A stretch of 64,000 nucleotides of DNA from Eledone cirrhosa (lineage: Eukaryota), in NCBI GenBank assembly GCA_964016885.1, contig OZ024743.1:268894001-268958000 (forward strand). Reading direction: 5' to 3'. The notes beneath the pieces were generated by a model. It had not been told where the DNA came from, made no database searches, and was given only the letters and a program-made list of their open reading frames with translations. Positions 26,321-40,593 of the stretch are shown here, one piece after another. Numbering within the stretch: position 1 is the stretch's first letter; every line of letters starts with the position of its first letter. The translations under genes and the position numbers were made by a program.

Positions 26321-27415
26321 ACCAGATAGAAAAATGCGTACAGCAAAAAAAAGTAATATTGTTGGAATATGAACCTTTAAAAATACAGGACAAGAAACTA
26401 AAATAAAACTTTAAAAGAATAGGACAAGAAACTAAGATAAAACTTTAAAAGAATAGGACAAGAAACTAAGATAAAACTTTAAAGAATTGGACAAGAAATA
26501 AAAAATGTTACAATAATATTAGTGGCAAAATTTTTATTGGTAAAAAATCGAGTTCCACATTCATAGGCTCTGGGTTCCACATTCAGAGGTCGTCGTCAGA
26601 CCGGGGGGATCATTTGATCCTGGTTTGAACACCAATTGGGTCATAACCATACCCCTATTTCATCATTCGGCGACACGGCTCATGTGTCATGCATAATGTG
26701 AATGGACCCATGGGCCCATGAGCACAGATCTTGAGCAGCAGCGGACGGTCTTGTCGTCCCGCTCATCCTTGATCTTGACCAACCCGTCCATCTTCTCCTT
26801 GCATCTTGTCCTTGAGTTCAAGTCCGGCAGTCCAGATGAATGCGTGCCACAGCTTTCTGGTACAGGAAGGGGGAGCAGGAGGACTGGAGGGATGACGGGA
26901 CAGAGGGAGGGAGGACCGGTGGTTGAGGGAGGTGCCGTAGTCGGTGGTCAGAGTCGACATCTTGTCCCGGTCGTCTTCTCCATCTTCGTCTGGTGTTGCG
27001 GTACCAGAAGTGCACTCTTGGAGGAGACCTGCAGCTGCATCGGCCAATTCTTCTTGCAATGGTCATTCTGACGGAGCAGAACTTCTCAGCCAACCAACCC
27101 CAACCAGAACCAACCGCTCAGGGGCAACGCACAATGAGAGCATGACAATTATTATGCACAAATCAAGAAGATACTGGGGCATAGCATAGGAAACGAATAA
27201 AAAAATGTTGCCACTAATATTATTGTAAATTTTTTTATTTCTTGTCGAATTCTTTAAAGTTTTATCTTAGTTTCTTGTCCTATTCTTTTAAAGTTTTATC
27301 TTAGTTTCTTGTCCTATTCTTTTAAAGTTTTATTTTAGTTTCTTGTCCTGTATTTTTAAAGGTTTATATTCCAACAATATTACTTTTTTTTGCTGTACGC
27401 ATTTTTCTATCTGGT
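26321..27415. repeat. ~220-bp inverted repeats, each with 34-bp tandem subrepeats, flanking a ~650-bp GC-richer insert
   Basis: accagatagaaaaatgcgtacagc at 26321 is the reverse complement of the sequence ending at 27415; subrepeat starts at 26387, 26421 and 26455. Confidence 0.9.
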
Positions 27416-27688
27416 CTACTATTTTTTAAGGCAATGCAAGCAACAACTATTTAATAATTAAATGATCATAGTGAATTACTGACAAGTGATTGACATTTTA
27501 AAGTTCTTTTGAGTATAATTGCAATCTAGTTGAGGCAACTGGCTTAATGACAAAGCTAGTAAATCATGAATGCATTTGAGATGATTAGTGCATAATAGTG
27601 AATTGGTGAAACTTGTGCATTTCAATGGTGTTACAACAATAGATGTAAGTTATATAGTAGTAATACTTTATCATTTTAACTTTTTAGA

Positions 27689-28048
27689 ATGGACAAAAAC
27701 CCATGCAAAGAAATGACTTTGACTGCAGTGATTCTCTCCAATTTACTTACAAAGCAAAACGTGGTCAAATACCTTATCATCTCTGATAAAATGCTCATTG
27801 AATCACTGAAAATCGGATGCATGGAATTCCTCATAAAATGCACCTATGAATCGGAAGCCATCACATATATCAATGGATATAGGGAGTTGTTCACACTGGA
27901 AGACCATCACTTCATTTGTGACTTCATCAGTTATCTCCACGATTATCTCAGACACCCAATGCCATTGATGAGAGGTGATCCAATGTGTGAGCATGTAACT
28001 AATCTTATAGAAGTTGTTATCGACCACCTGGCTTTTAGTGACATTTGA
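27689..28048 (+). CDS. Hypothetical 119-aa protein, no family recognised
   Basis: Non-repetitive ATG ORF; preceded by a possible short intron (gtaagt at 27646 to tttttag at 27688). Confidence 0.3.
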   Translation: MDKNPCKEMTLTAVILSNLLTKQNVVKYLIISDKMLIESLKIGCMEFLIKCTYESEAITYINGYRELFTLEDHHFICDFISYLHDYLRHPMPLMRGDPMCEHVTNLIEVVIDHLAFSDI

Positions 28049-28678
28049 CTGATTTGACTGATAATGATGTATTTTTAAAAAGTATGTGTACATTCTTGTT
28101 ACTATTTTAAGGCAATTTTAAAAATGACCATTGTGCATTACTAGTATGATGACATTTTATTAAGTCACAAAATTAGTCAGTCAGCCATAGAACAAGGATC
28201 AGGTGGCAAAAACATTGGCAAAAATTTGTGTCAATTTAAGATTTCCAACATTGTTCAAATGAATCATATCTGGTTTGAAGTCAGATTTGTCAAATTTTGG
28301 CCAATTTTCAATGTTGTGAAGATTGTGCAAGTTCAATTTTTGAATCATTTCTTTCATGCAGTAATTAAACTTTTCCAAACGTCGTCATTTCTGGATTACC
28401 TCCCCTAGCGTCACGCTTACTACTCACTCACTTGAACACAAGATTTATCAGCAAACTTTGATTATAAACTTTTTCCCGCTGGACCAAATTTCTAGATTTT
28501 TAAGCCGAAAGATGCGTAATGATCTACTGTTCATGCTCATATAAGTTATATCTCAGTTAAATAAAGTAGAGCCGCGCTGTACTGTCGTAAACAGACGATT
28601 GCCAACGAAAACACGACCACAACAATATTACTAAACGGACTACCATCCGTTTAGGATATATATATATATATATATATA

Positions 28679-28750
<72 letters not shown>

Positions 28751-28753
28751 ATG

Positions 28754-28785
<32 letters not shown>

Positions 28786-29388
28786 ACGAAGAGGTATGGT
28801 AAGGAGCCAGATGGACCATAACGCACGAGAATACTCAAATCTAAGGGTAGTAGAGTGGCTAATATGAAAATGTTTAACCCCGACGGCAGAGCTCAAGCCG
28901 TTTAAACGGCTATTTCTGTCCAGAAATAGCCGTTGAAACGGCTTGAGTTCTGCCGTCGGGGTTTAAAATTTTCCTATATATATATATACGCATGTAGAGT
29001 AAACTAGGTATCATTTAAGGTTATCCAGTGAGAGGTTGTATACGTCATTGTTCACTTTTATTATATTATTTTATCTTTTATTACCCACCAGACATGTAAA
29101 TCCCTAAGTTTATTTATTTTGTTTTTCATCTTGATGTTAATACCACTTAGTATAAATACGTTGTACCTTTGTACGTTGATTTCCAAATCAGTGTTTTGAT
29201 AATTTGCCAGGTATAAACAGTATTTAAAAGCAAATTTCACAATAACATTGTAGATAGCGATTTTAAGCCGCAATCAATTACATACTGGACAATGAAACAT
29301 ATGTTAATGCTTGGAATAAAACCCCATTATATAGCTTATCCGTGTAAATCCTCATTCATTCTTTATATATACGTATATATATATACGC

Positions 29389-29440
<52 letters not shown>

Positions 29441-29452
29441 GCTGACTTTTCT

Positions 29453-29517
<65 letters not shown>

Positions 29518-29713
29518 TCTTTTTTTATTCTTTGACAGAGAGGTGGTAGTACACTATAAGCCTTCGCCTCTTCACCAGATGGTCATTAGTAGACCGAAAA
29601 GCCATCAATTGAGGGCGACTGACCGAGGTGAAAACAGCTAGTTGGTCAGTCGTTCTCTCTGTCTCTGATTTTCGGACCCATGGATTTTTATATATTCCTT
29701 TGTTATATTTCGA

Positions 29714-29771
29714 ATACCTGATGATATCACCGGATTCATACGGAAGCCGGTCATTGAAATGATCATAGTAT
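29714..29771 (+). ncRNA. Type I hammerhead motif with palindromic stem III
   Basis: atac-CTGATGA-tatc accgg...ccggt catt-GAAA-tgatca-TA-gtat, followed directly by aataaa. Confidence 0.7.
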
Positions 29772-29965
29772 AATAAACTTTTCAAGGATTTACACCAGTC
29801 CAGCCTCCTGTTATTTATTCATAATAATTAACTCCGTATTCGCACCACCAACTCCACAAAGGAAGACGGGTGAACGGCACTACGTTGAGTACTTTCCATA
29901 ATATTGCATCAAGATTGACCATACGGAATGACCAATTCTATCCGGTGGTGAACCAACAAACCTAA

Positions 29966-30002
<37 letters not shown>

Positions 30003-30106
30003 TATCCCGGGTTCAATCGGGGGTAACCACAGTGAGTAAGGTACTCAATACATACCACATAATACATAATGAAACAGGTCTTGTCCAGTAGAATCCATTT
30101 CTATAT

Positions 30107-30173
<67 letters not shown>

Positions 30174-30288
30174 CATATGTATATATGTATGCATATACAT
30201 ATGCACATATATATACTCATATATATATATATATATATGAGTATAGATATGTGCATATGTATATGCATACATATATACATATGTATAT

Positions 30289-30372
<84 letters not shown>

Positions 30373-30425
30373 ATATAGAAATGGATTCTACTGGACAAGA
30401 CCTGTTTCATTATGTATATACACAC

Positions 30426-30475
<50 letters not shown>

Positions 30476-30969
30476 GCATATATATGTGCATATCTATGAC
30501 CATATTTGCATGTATTACTGAGTGAGTGATCTCTTTTCTGTAGCCGTTAGGTGCATTTTGTGTTCAAAAGTAATAGTGATATAATAGATATTCTCTTCGC
30601 ACCAACATTTGTAGACAATTATATGTTGGGAATCGTTCCAGATAAATAATACAAAAACCACAACAACCACAACAAAAAGCATACCCAATATCCACTCAAA
30701 TAACATTTCGTATAATGTCAACATTTACAGTTAACGTACATCATGTTATACACTAGCTTACATATTGTAACTATTTCTACTAACCTTTCATATTAAGTAG
30801 AAAACCGATATAGATTTGTAGTTAAGAATGAAAGAATGATAGTACCTCAATGTCATTTATCCAGCATTGTATTATATCTTAGATTGGGAAAATACACAGA
30901 AATATAAATAGGCATCAAAGATATGCATCTTTAGGATTTCAAATCATGCAGACAGCCATTTTTATAGTA

Positions 30970-31578
30970 TACAAGCAGTAGTACACGGCGTTGCACGGGA
31001 TAAGGTATTTTGGAACGCGGGCCGACAACAGACCTAATCGTGGAAAAACTGCATGCCAGGACAATATGTAAAGAAAATAAACCGAATACTCTGATGGCTG
31101 GATAATCTTTAGGATTTTCCTTGATGAAGCAAGAAAAATGCAGGTTTTCACCTAATGCGGGTCCTAGGGGATCAAGAAAATGAATTTTTTTAATGTGCAT
31201 TATATGCCTTGAAATTTCGGGAATAAATCGGCTAGACGTAACGCCTCCAAAAAGCCCTAAGAAGCTGAAAACATGAAGTTTTTCACCTAATGCCATAGGC
31301 CATAAAAAAAATTGGATTTTCTTTACTCACGGTAAGAAGAAGAGACTGACTAATACATAATTACAATTTAAAGGAAATCGGTCTGACGTAACGCCTCAAA
31401 AAAACCCTAAAGAGCTTTAAAAACGCAGTTTTTCACCTAATGCGGGCCCTAGGAGATCAAAATGTTGAATCTTTTATGTGCATAACACTCCCTGAAACAT
31501 AAGTAATACACATGTAAAGTTTGAAAAATATTGGTTTGGTACTTCTCGAGTTTTAGGGATTCAAACTCACAGGCACAG

Positions 31579-31610
<32 letters not shown>

Positions 31611-31921
31611 ACACACACACTCTCTCTCAGGGAAGTGACGTAATGCAGACAGCCAGACATACAGACAGATATTATAAGGGCGTGACGTTATATGTATGTA
31701 TCTATCTAAAAAGAGAAAGACTAAGAATTATAGAGAGAGATCACTAAATCGCTTAAAGCGGTCTCTACGGCAGTGAAAATTTGCAAACTTTTTGGTCAGA
31801 ACACTCCCTGAAACATAAGTATTACATGTGTAAAGTTTGAAAACAGTCGGTTGAGTGGTTCTCGAGTTTTAGGGATTCAAACTCACACACACACAGACAT
31901 CCTCATTTTTATATATATAGA
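30970..31921 (-). mobile_element. Non-autonomous Helitron-like element
   Basis: Minus strand starts a|TCtatatatataaaaatgagg and ends with a GC-rich imperfect hairpin ccgtgcaacgccgtg plus cttg|t (CTAG-like); internal duplication 31485-31620 / 31800-31900. Confidence 0.6.
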
Positions 31922-31946
31922 TATGCGTGTGTGAGTCTCTGTGCCC

Positions 31947-32080
<134 letters not shown>

Positions 32081-32125
32081 CAGATTAAAGTTTAAGCAAA
32101 GAATTCACATTTTTTTTATTATTAC

Positions 32126-32161
<36 letters not shown>

Positions 32162-32327
32162 TATAGTTCGGATCTAGCTGTCGAAACGGCCGGAGATCAG
32201 CCGTCGGGGTCCTGACTCTTTTCCTATTACCCACTCTACTACCCTAAGTATTGTGGACTTTGGTGCGTTATGGTCCACCTGGTATCTTACCAGGTAATAG
32301 AGAGAAAGCGGAGATAGAGAGAAGGGT

Positions 32328-32373
<46 letters not shown>

Positions 32374-33510
32374 TGAGAAAGAGATATAGAGATATAGATG
32401 ATAATCGTCACCAGTATTGAACTGTGACTTTATTTGCCGATTTCGAAAGGATGAAAGGCAAAGTTGACCAGGTCTGGATTTGAACTCAGAGCGCAGAGAG
32501 CTGGAACACATACCGCCATGTATTATAACTGACGTTTTAACGACTCTGCTACTTCACTGCATTTAGATCGTGGAGTATACGTACTTGCCTTCTCCCATCT
32601 TTTTGTTTACCCGTAACCCTACGTAGAACATAGTACTACTAGAAATAGATGCAATTTGAGACTACATGCCAAAAATAGAAAACTCTGTGTGAACAAAATG
32701 TTCAGTAAACACGTAGTAATATGAGAAACATTAACTCTTTTGATACTAGACTTCCTGGAACCACCTGTGGTTCTACTATACAAATCTGGTTTGTTTTAGT
32801 GTGCTTATATTTATCTAAAAACCCTTCCATTGTAATCTTATGTAAGAACTTTTGTTAAGTCATGTTCCAAACACCAGCTTGATCATGCGAAAGTCAGTTA
32901 TATTACTAAAACCCTCCAAATTCTTGATTATGTTTTTAATTCTTTGAAACCTTTAGTCAGTGTTTTCATTAGAAATATGGTAACGAAACGGTTAAATCAA
33001 ATTGTTCCAGCAAACCTCTGCCTGTTCGGTATTCTTACATGATCATTTTTCTGCATCTGGCTAAATTTTCAGTCTTTCTGAAATTACAGCAAATATTAAA
33101 GTTTAATATGGGTAACCTTTTTCGAGCAGTGGCCTGCATAAGATGTGGTTCATCATCGGGCGGGCCGCACTACTAAATGATTCAGAAAGCCAAACAGGCC
33201 GCAGTTTGCCCTTGACAGTATTAAACCGATATTTTTTTTTCTTTCCAAGATTGTTCAATGCAAAGTCTATTACAAGTAAATATCTGTATCTGAAAATAAA
33301 CATAATATTCTATATTCTAATTTTATCTTATTTACATTTTTAAATATATTTAAGGCGAAGAATTGGCAGATTCGTTAGAAGGTCCGATAGAATGTTTCGT
33401 GATATTTGTTTCAGCTATCTACACTTTGATTTCAAATCCCGCTGAGAACAACTTCGCCTTTCATCTTTTCGAGGGCGAGAATGAAGTACCAGTCCAGTAC
33501 ATGTATCGAT

Positions 33511-33675
<165 letters not shown>

Positions 33676-36037
33676 TTCTCTCCTTCTCTCCTTTTACTTT
33701 GAAAGTAATCGGCCGTGTTCACAACTGTGGAGGTGTGGGTACCCCCCAGGTTTAAGATGTCCAAAAAGTGCCATGTATTGCAACAATAGTTCTATAACTC
33801 CATCAGCTGTTCAGGACAACAAAAACACTTCTTTACCGTCACTGTTAACGACATGGGTATACTAGCTTCTAAATAAGCTCAAATATACAACATAGGCTGA
33901 GAAAGTTTCTCAAGAAACACAAACAAACAGATAATGACCCAGAAACGAAACATGTGAATGCATAAGAAGGTATTTTCATGCAAATTATCAATTTGGCTCT
34001 GAATACAAAAAGCAGCACGGTTAAAGAAATAACTAATGATGTTTTATATAGAAACACGTGATGTCATTCGAGACTGGAAACGTGACAATCTTTGACATCA
34101 GCCATGTTTCCACAACCATTTCGAAACTTTGAGTTCTACTTTAGATATTGAAGACTGAACAGACTTCTGCTGTTGCTGCTGCTGCTATTGCTGTTGTTGT
34201 TACTGTTGCTGCTGCTGTTGCTTTTGTTGATGTTGTTGCTGTTATTGTTGATGTTGTTGTTGTAGAATTTCTATCGGTTCTGACGATGAGCACTCCTGTT
34301 TTTCGAACAACGGAAATGTCTGATCGTAAAATTGATGTGCTAGTGTCTGAGTATTCTACAAACATGATGACTTTTCATTTGGTTCTCAAGGGGATTCAAC
34401 GTGACACGATGTATAACAAAGCTGACCCTTTGAAATCGAGGTACAACTTAATTTTAGCACATGAGTGGATTGGAGCAATGTGAAGTGACGTGTATTGCTC
34501 CAGGACACAACGTTCCGCCAGTAATCGAACTCAAGACATGAAGCAAATTAAATGTTTACATGATGATGCTTAGAATATTGATTTCTTATTCAGGCACAAG
34601 GGCAACAGTTTGGCGGGAGAGGAAAGTCGATTAAATCGACTCCAGTGTATTACTAGTACTTTATTTTATCTACCCCATAAGGATGAAAGGCAAAGCAGAC
34701 TTCAGCAGAATTTGAACTCAGATCGTAAAGGGACGTAACTCTATGCCATAAAGTATGTTGTCCGACGCTCTACCGATATTGCCAATCCACCGCCTTCGTG
34801 ATTCTTAGAATTTTATATACATCTCAAAACTGATTGTAAGAAATACAAGTTTCTACACATGTTTACAAATTCGGGTGTTTGGAATGTTCAACCAATCACA
34901 AACTGCTTGGAAAGTTTATAAGTAAATTTCAGTAAATTCATCAGTATTTCAGACCTGTCAAACTCTAAAAACCGAAACGGGGAGTACCATGAATAAAGTG
35001 CCTCAAAACGGGGAGAAATGAGGTAAAATAGGGAGATTTTACATAATGAAAGCTATACCCATTTTCACAAGAGAAGACATCTCTCACCCACCCCAAAGTG
35101 GGTGGAAGATCTCCCCATAGGACTGGGAGAGTTGAAATGTTTGGTATTTGTATAGACTGAACTCCATCGTTGACTAGTAAAACTCTCGGAGCTACAACTT
35201 TGTCTGAAAGCATTTTAGATCGTCCTCTACTAAGATATCACTGCATTTATACACCATGAGTTGTTGTATGGAAAAAAAAAATTTAAACCTGCAACATGTG
35301 AGCGGTTGTAAAATGTATGATTAAAATTAGGACAAGAGCATTAAATAGGTGAGGATGATTCAGAGAAGAATTTAAATATTGTGACCTTGCACGGTGGGCT
35401 GTGGACAGGTTCTCAATAGATTTTAGTAGAGCAAAAAAGAATATGGTGAACTGGTCCCACATAATTAAAGTTTGTTAATATGATGGTATGGTCCTACATA
35501 GCGAAGCGTGTTCAGAACAGGTTCTGAATAGATTTTAAAGGAGCGATTTTGAGCTGATTTTAGAAACTAAAAGATACTCTTCATAATTTTCTGGGAGAAA
35601 AAAAATTGTTGCTTTCTAGAATTTTTTGGAAGGAAAAGACATACCATTTTATTTTTGTGATGAAAATTGACTCGTTAATGGGTGTAAATTGTCTACATTT
35701 GAAATATTAGAGCAAGAACAAATAATTTCTCTTCTTAGTACAAGATATGAATGTATTCGAGATTAAATTAAAACTTTTAATTTATCAGGGTTTGAAGCAG
35801 TTTCTCCGCTTAAACGAACAGATTGAATTTACAGATAGTAATGGCAATTTTACAAAATATGTTGAAAAACCAAATTAGATGAATGTTTGACTTAGTGAAA
35901 GCGCATGGCCTAGGGGCTAGGATGTTGAATTTACGATCATAGTTTCGTGGATTCGACTCCCTGAACTGGCCAGCTCGTTTTTTCTTGAGTAAAATATGTT
36001 ATGTCAAGTTGCACCTTCTGCCAGGAATTTCGATTGG

Positions 36038-37500
36038 TAGATATTATCAGCAATGGAAAGACTAATGGAAACATTGTTTCCTTGGTCCAATCTCATGACC
36101 AGCAGATATTATCAGCAATGGAAAGACTAATGGAAACATTGTTTCCTTGGTATAATCTCATGACCAGCAGATATTATCAGCAATGGAAAGTCTAATGGTA
36201 ACATTGTTTCCTTGGTCCAATCTCATGACCAGCAGATATTATCAGCAATGGAAAGACTAATGGAAACATTGTTTCCTTGGTCCAATCTCATGACCAGCAG
36301 ATATTGTCAGCAATGGAAAGTCTAATGGAAACATTGTTTCCTTGGTCCAATCTCATGACCAGCAGATATTATCAGCAATGGAAAGACTAATGGAAACATT
36401 GTTTCCTTGGTCCAATCTCATGACCAGCAGATATTGTCAGCAATGGAAAGTCTAATGGAAACATTGTTTCCTTGGTCCAATCTCATGACCAGCAGATATT
36501 ATCAGCAATGGAAAGTCTAATGGAAACAGTGTTTCCTTGGTCCAATCTCATGACCAGCAGATATTATCAGCAATGGAAAGTCTAATGGTAACATTGTTTC
36601 CTTGGTTCAATCTCATGACCAGCAGATATTATCAGCAATGGAAAGTCTAATGGAAACAGTGTTTCCTTGGTCCAATCTCATGACCAGCAGATATTATCAG
36701 CAATGGAAAGACTAATGGAAACAGTGTTTCCTTGGTCCAATCTCATGACCAGCAGATAGTATCAGCAATGGAAAGACTAATGGAAACATTGTTTCCTTGG
36801 TCCAATCTCATGACCAGCAGATATTATCAGCAATGGAAAGACTAATGGAAACATTGTTTCCTTGGTCCAATCACATGACCAGCAGATATTGTCAGCAATG
36901 GAAAGTCTAATGGAAACATTGTTTCCTTGGTCCAATCTCATGACCAGCAGATATTATCAGCAATGGAAAGACTAATGGAAACATTGTTTCCTTGGTCCAA
37001 TCTCATGACCAGCAGATATCAGCAATGGAAAGACTAATGGAAACATTGTTTCCTTGGTCCAATCTCATGACCAGCAGATATCAGCAATGGAAAGACTAAT
37101 GGTAACATTGTTTCCTTGGTCCAATCTCATGACCAGCAGATATTATCAGCAATGGAAAGACTAATGGAAACATTGTTTCCTTGGTCCAATCTCATGACCA
37201 GCAGATATCAGCAATGGAAAGACTAATGGTAACATTGTTTCCTTGGTTCAATCTCATGACCAGCAGATATTATCAGCAATGGAAAGACCAATGGAAACAT
37301 TGTTTCCTTGGTCCAATCTCATGACCAGCAGATATCAGCAATGGAAAGTCTAATGGTAACATTGTTTCCTTGGTTCAATCTCATGACCAGCAGATATCAG
37401 AAAATGAAAGATCAAAGAAACATCGTTTCCTTGGTCCGATCTCATGTCCAGCAAATATCACCAGAATAGAAATAATGTTTCCTTGGTACGATTTGATGAT
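36038..37500 (+). repeat. 65-bp minisatellite (~21 copies, with 62-bp variants) at the 3' end of a SINE whose head lies at about 35900-36000
   Basis: Unit agcagatattatcagcaatggaaagactaatggaaacattgtttccttggtccaatctcatgacc at 36101, 36166, 36231 and onward. Confidence 0.95.
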
Positions 37501-37584
37501 CAACTTTTTTTCTTGACTTGGTAAATAAAGGATCATTAAAATGCTTTGTAACATCTACCAGATAATGTAAGCCAAAACACTTAC

Positions 37585-38350
37585 ATGTCCTCATTGGATT
37601 ACGGAATTGAAGCCATCAAATACTGGCTAGACCTTATGAACTACCAGACCGTTTCAATAAGAATTTCATCGTAGACGAATTTGAATTCATTAAAAAAAAA
37701 ACAATTATTTCATTTTTCGATGAAATAGCTTATCGACAGAAATCAGGAAAACCCACGGAGACAAAAGATGCGCCAACACATGTCTATCTCGTCACGGGAT
37801 ATCATGAATTACAAGTTTACAAAGAAAACAAAATATGGGAATAATTTCGGTGACTACATAAAAAAAACTGGAAGTGGTACTTGGACGACTGCTTCAAATT
37901 GTGGAGGGAGAATCTTGAACAACTAAAGAAATTTCATACCTTCAACAATGATATAAACTAGAATGCGCAATTCACTATGGATTTTAACAATACAAAACTT
38001 ACATTTTTAGATATCCTAATAACAAAAAGAAACTGACGTATATTTCAAGCCTACTGACTCCCGACAAAATCTCGTTTTTATATTTTCTTATCCATCACAC
38101 AACCATACCAACATCCCTGTTAACTTAACCAAGCGAATCTGTACAATATTCTCAAACCCAACAATCAGAGACCACAGACTAGAAGAGATGAAACAAATAC
38201 TTATCAAGAGAAAATATCCTCAGAGTTTAATCACCAATTATATCCCAAAAGCAAGTCAAATCAATGTCAAAACACTCCGAGAAACAAAAGCAAAACAAGA
38301 AAACATGTCTTACCATACATTTTAACTATCAATCCAAAGAACACAGAGAT
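37585..38350 (+). pseudogene. Degenerate Penelope-like RT fragment
   Basis: YRQKSG, NWKWYLDDCF, QFTMDF, FLDILI, VYFKPTDS, NIPVNLTKRICTI, with stops and frameshifts. Confidence 0.85.
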
Positions 38351-38469
38351 ATGCACACATGCGACTAAAAATGATTTTTTTTCTCGTGCAACGCTGTCTT
38401 CGCTCTGTCTGCGGATATGTATTTTCTGGCAGAGTCTCCAATGCCGAACTGTTCACAAGGTGCAACATT

Positions 38470-38937
38470 GGTTAGGGGGATTGAATCATTTCTGATGCAA
38501 TCCCAACTCACATGGGCTGGGGGCTGGTCATGTCTTACGGATGTCTGAGAACCGCACACCTAGGGTACTGTTGTACAGTCAGCTCCAGGATAGTGTGCAT
38601 AGTGTGGACAGGCCACAAACTGAAATACAATCGTAAGTCTGTCAACGTACTTCTTTCTTCGTTTGAAGCCATGACTGCCAACCGTAAAAGATGGACAACC
38701 GTCTGTCACGAAGTTTTGAGCAATCTCGTTTAGCCCAACTCTGTGAGATAAGATCTGACACCAGAGTTCGGTCAGGCATTCTAGCCCGCTCTGTTCAAGA
38801 TTCTGTTACCTGCACCATATGCGGATTGATGTGTAAATCAGCAGCTGGATTGAAGTGTCATTTGAGGCGTAAACATAAAACAATGAACTGAAAAAACTGT
38901 TAAACCCTCATACGTTGAATCGACGGGAGAGCCCATA

Positions 38938-38940
<3 letters not shown>
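38470..38940 (+). mobile_element. RTE-clade LINE 3' fragment
   Basis: AGHVLRMSENRTPRVLLYSQL and C-terminal CTICGLMCKSAAGLKCHLRRKH; ends at (TA)n. Confidence 0.85.
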
Positions 38941-39031
<91 letters not shown>

Positions 39032-39615
39032 ATGCATCGGGACTGGGACCAGAACATTTGCCCAAAGTAGCCCACAGCGGGACTGATCCTAGAGCCACAT
39101 GAGCTTTTTAAATACACAGCCATGCTTGCACCTATAGTATGTGATTTGTGGGATAATTGACTGCTATTTCGAGCAGGTCAAGTGACCACATTAGAAGGTT
39201 CAACGCTGAACTTCGTTAGAAATGTGATATAAAATGGTAAAGAAACTATTGGAAATATGAACCTCTATTTGGACAGCTTTCAAGAGAAGCGAATAATGAA
39301 ACTGCGCAAGTATTGGAAAAACTACAGATCGAAGATCGAACAATATAATGATAGAACTAGTGGTGGCATATTTTCTATATAAGTTATAATGTTCTATAAA
39401 TCATTTTGTATGATTACCAGAGCATGGGAAATTCAATGCCAGATGGCTGTCAAGAAATTTGACGAGAAAACCAAAGAAGGAGCGAGTAAGTTGTGTGTCA
39501 ATATCTGATGGAAGTTGTTGATGTAAGAATTGCTTTCTTAGAATGACCGCATCGTCGTGATGTTATATGTACTATAGCTTTATTTATTAAACACCATGTT
39601 CTCTCTATCTCTCAC

Positions 39616-39685
<70 letters not shown>

Positions 39686-39992
39686 ACGTATAGTATACAT
39701 GCGTGTGTATATATATGTATATATATGTATGCAGGGTGTCCCCCCCCCCAAAAAAAAAAATATATATATATACATATTTCAACAGCATTCTAATATACAT
39801 TACCTGTACAGGTAATGAAAGTGTGTATACATTTCTTTGAGACACCCTGTATGTATGTATATTTATATATATATATTCTTTATTTAATATAGAAATGGCT
39901 TCTACAGGACTAGAACTGTTTTATACTAGAACTAAATTTATACTCTGCTATGTATTGAGTACCTTACTGTGGTTACCTGGGATTGAACCCGG

Positions 39993-40038
<46 letters not shown>

Positions 40039-40361
40039 GATATAGATATATGTACAGATATATATATTGACATATTTATATATATGTTTTTATGTGTATA
40101 TATATATATATATATACACACACACAAAAAAACATATATATAAATATGTAAATATGTATATCTGTACATATATCTATATCATATTTATATTTATATATAT
40201 GTTTTTGTGTGTGTGTATATATATAGTCCAGAATTAGCCGTCGAAACGGCTTGAGCTCGGCTGTCGGGGTCTTACTGGTTCGTATTACCCACTCTACTAC
40301 CTCAAGTATTGAGTATTTTGGTGCGTTATGGTCCACCTGGTTCCCTACCACATTTCCTTCG

Positions 40362-40438
<77 letters not shown>

Positions 40439-40593
40439 AACTAGAGCAATAGACGTTGGAAATAAAGTGATGGAAACAAAACAATACGAGATATAAGTTT
40501 AAACTTTTACCTTATATTTCATTATTTCGGAGTCGCAAGTACTTATTAATAGTAAATGGAAAAATGGTGGCATACTGGCATGTTTTCTACAGA

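Noticed and set aside
34950-35142. Possible hAT-type MITE (cagacctgtcaaactct...agagttgaaatgtttg)
   Set aside because: TIRs are too imperfect and there is no clean 8-bp target duplication
36038-37500. Regular repeat array resembling CRISPR
   Set aside because: Units are contiguous with no unique spacers, there are no cas genes, and the unit derives from a SINE
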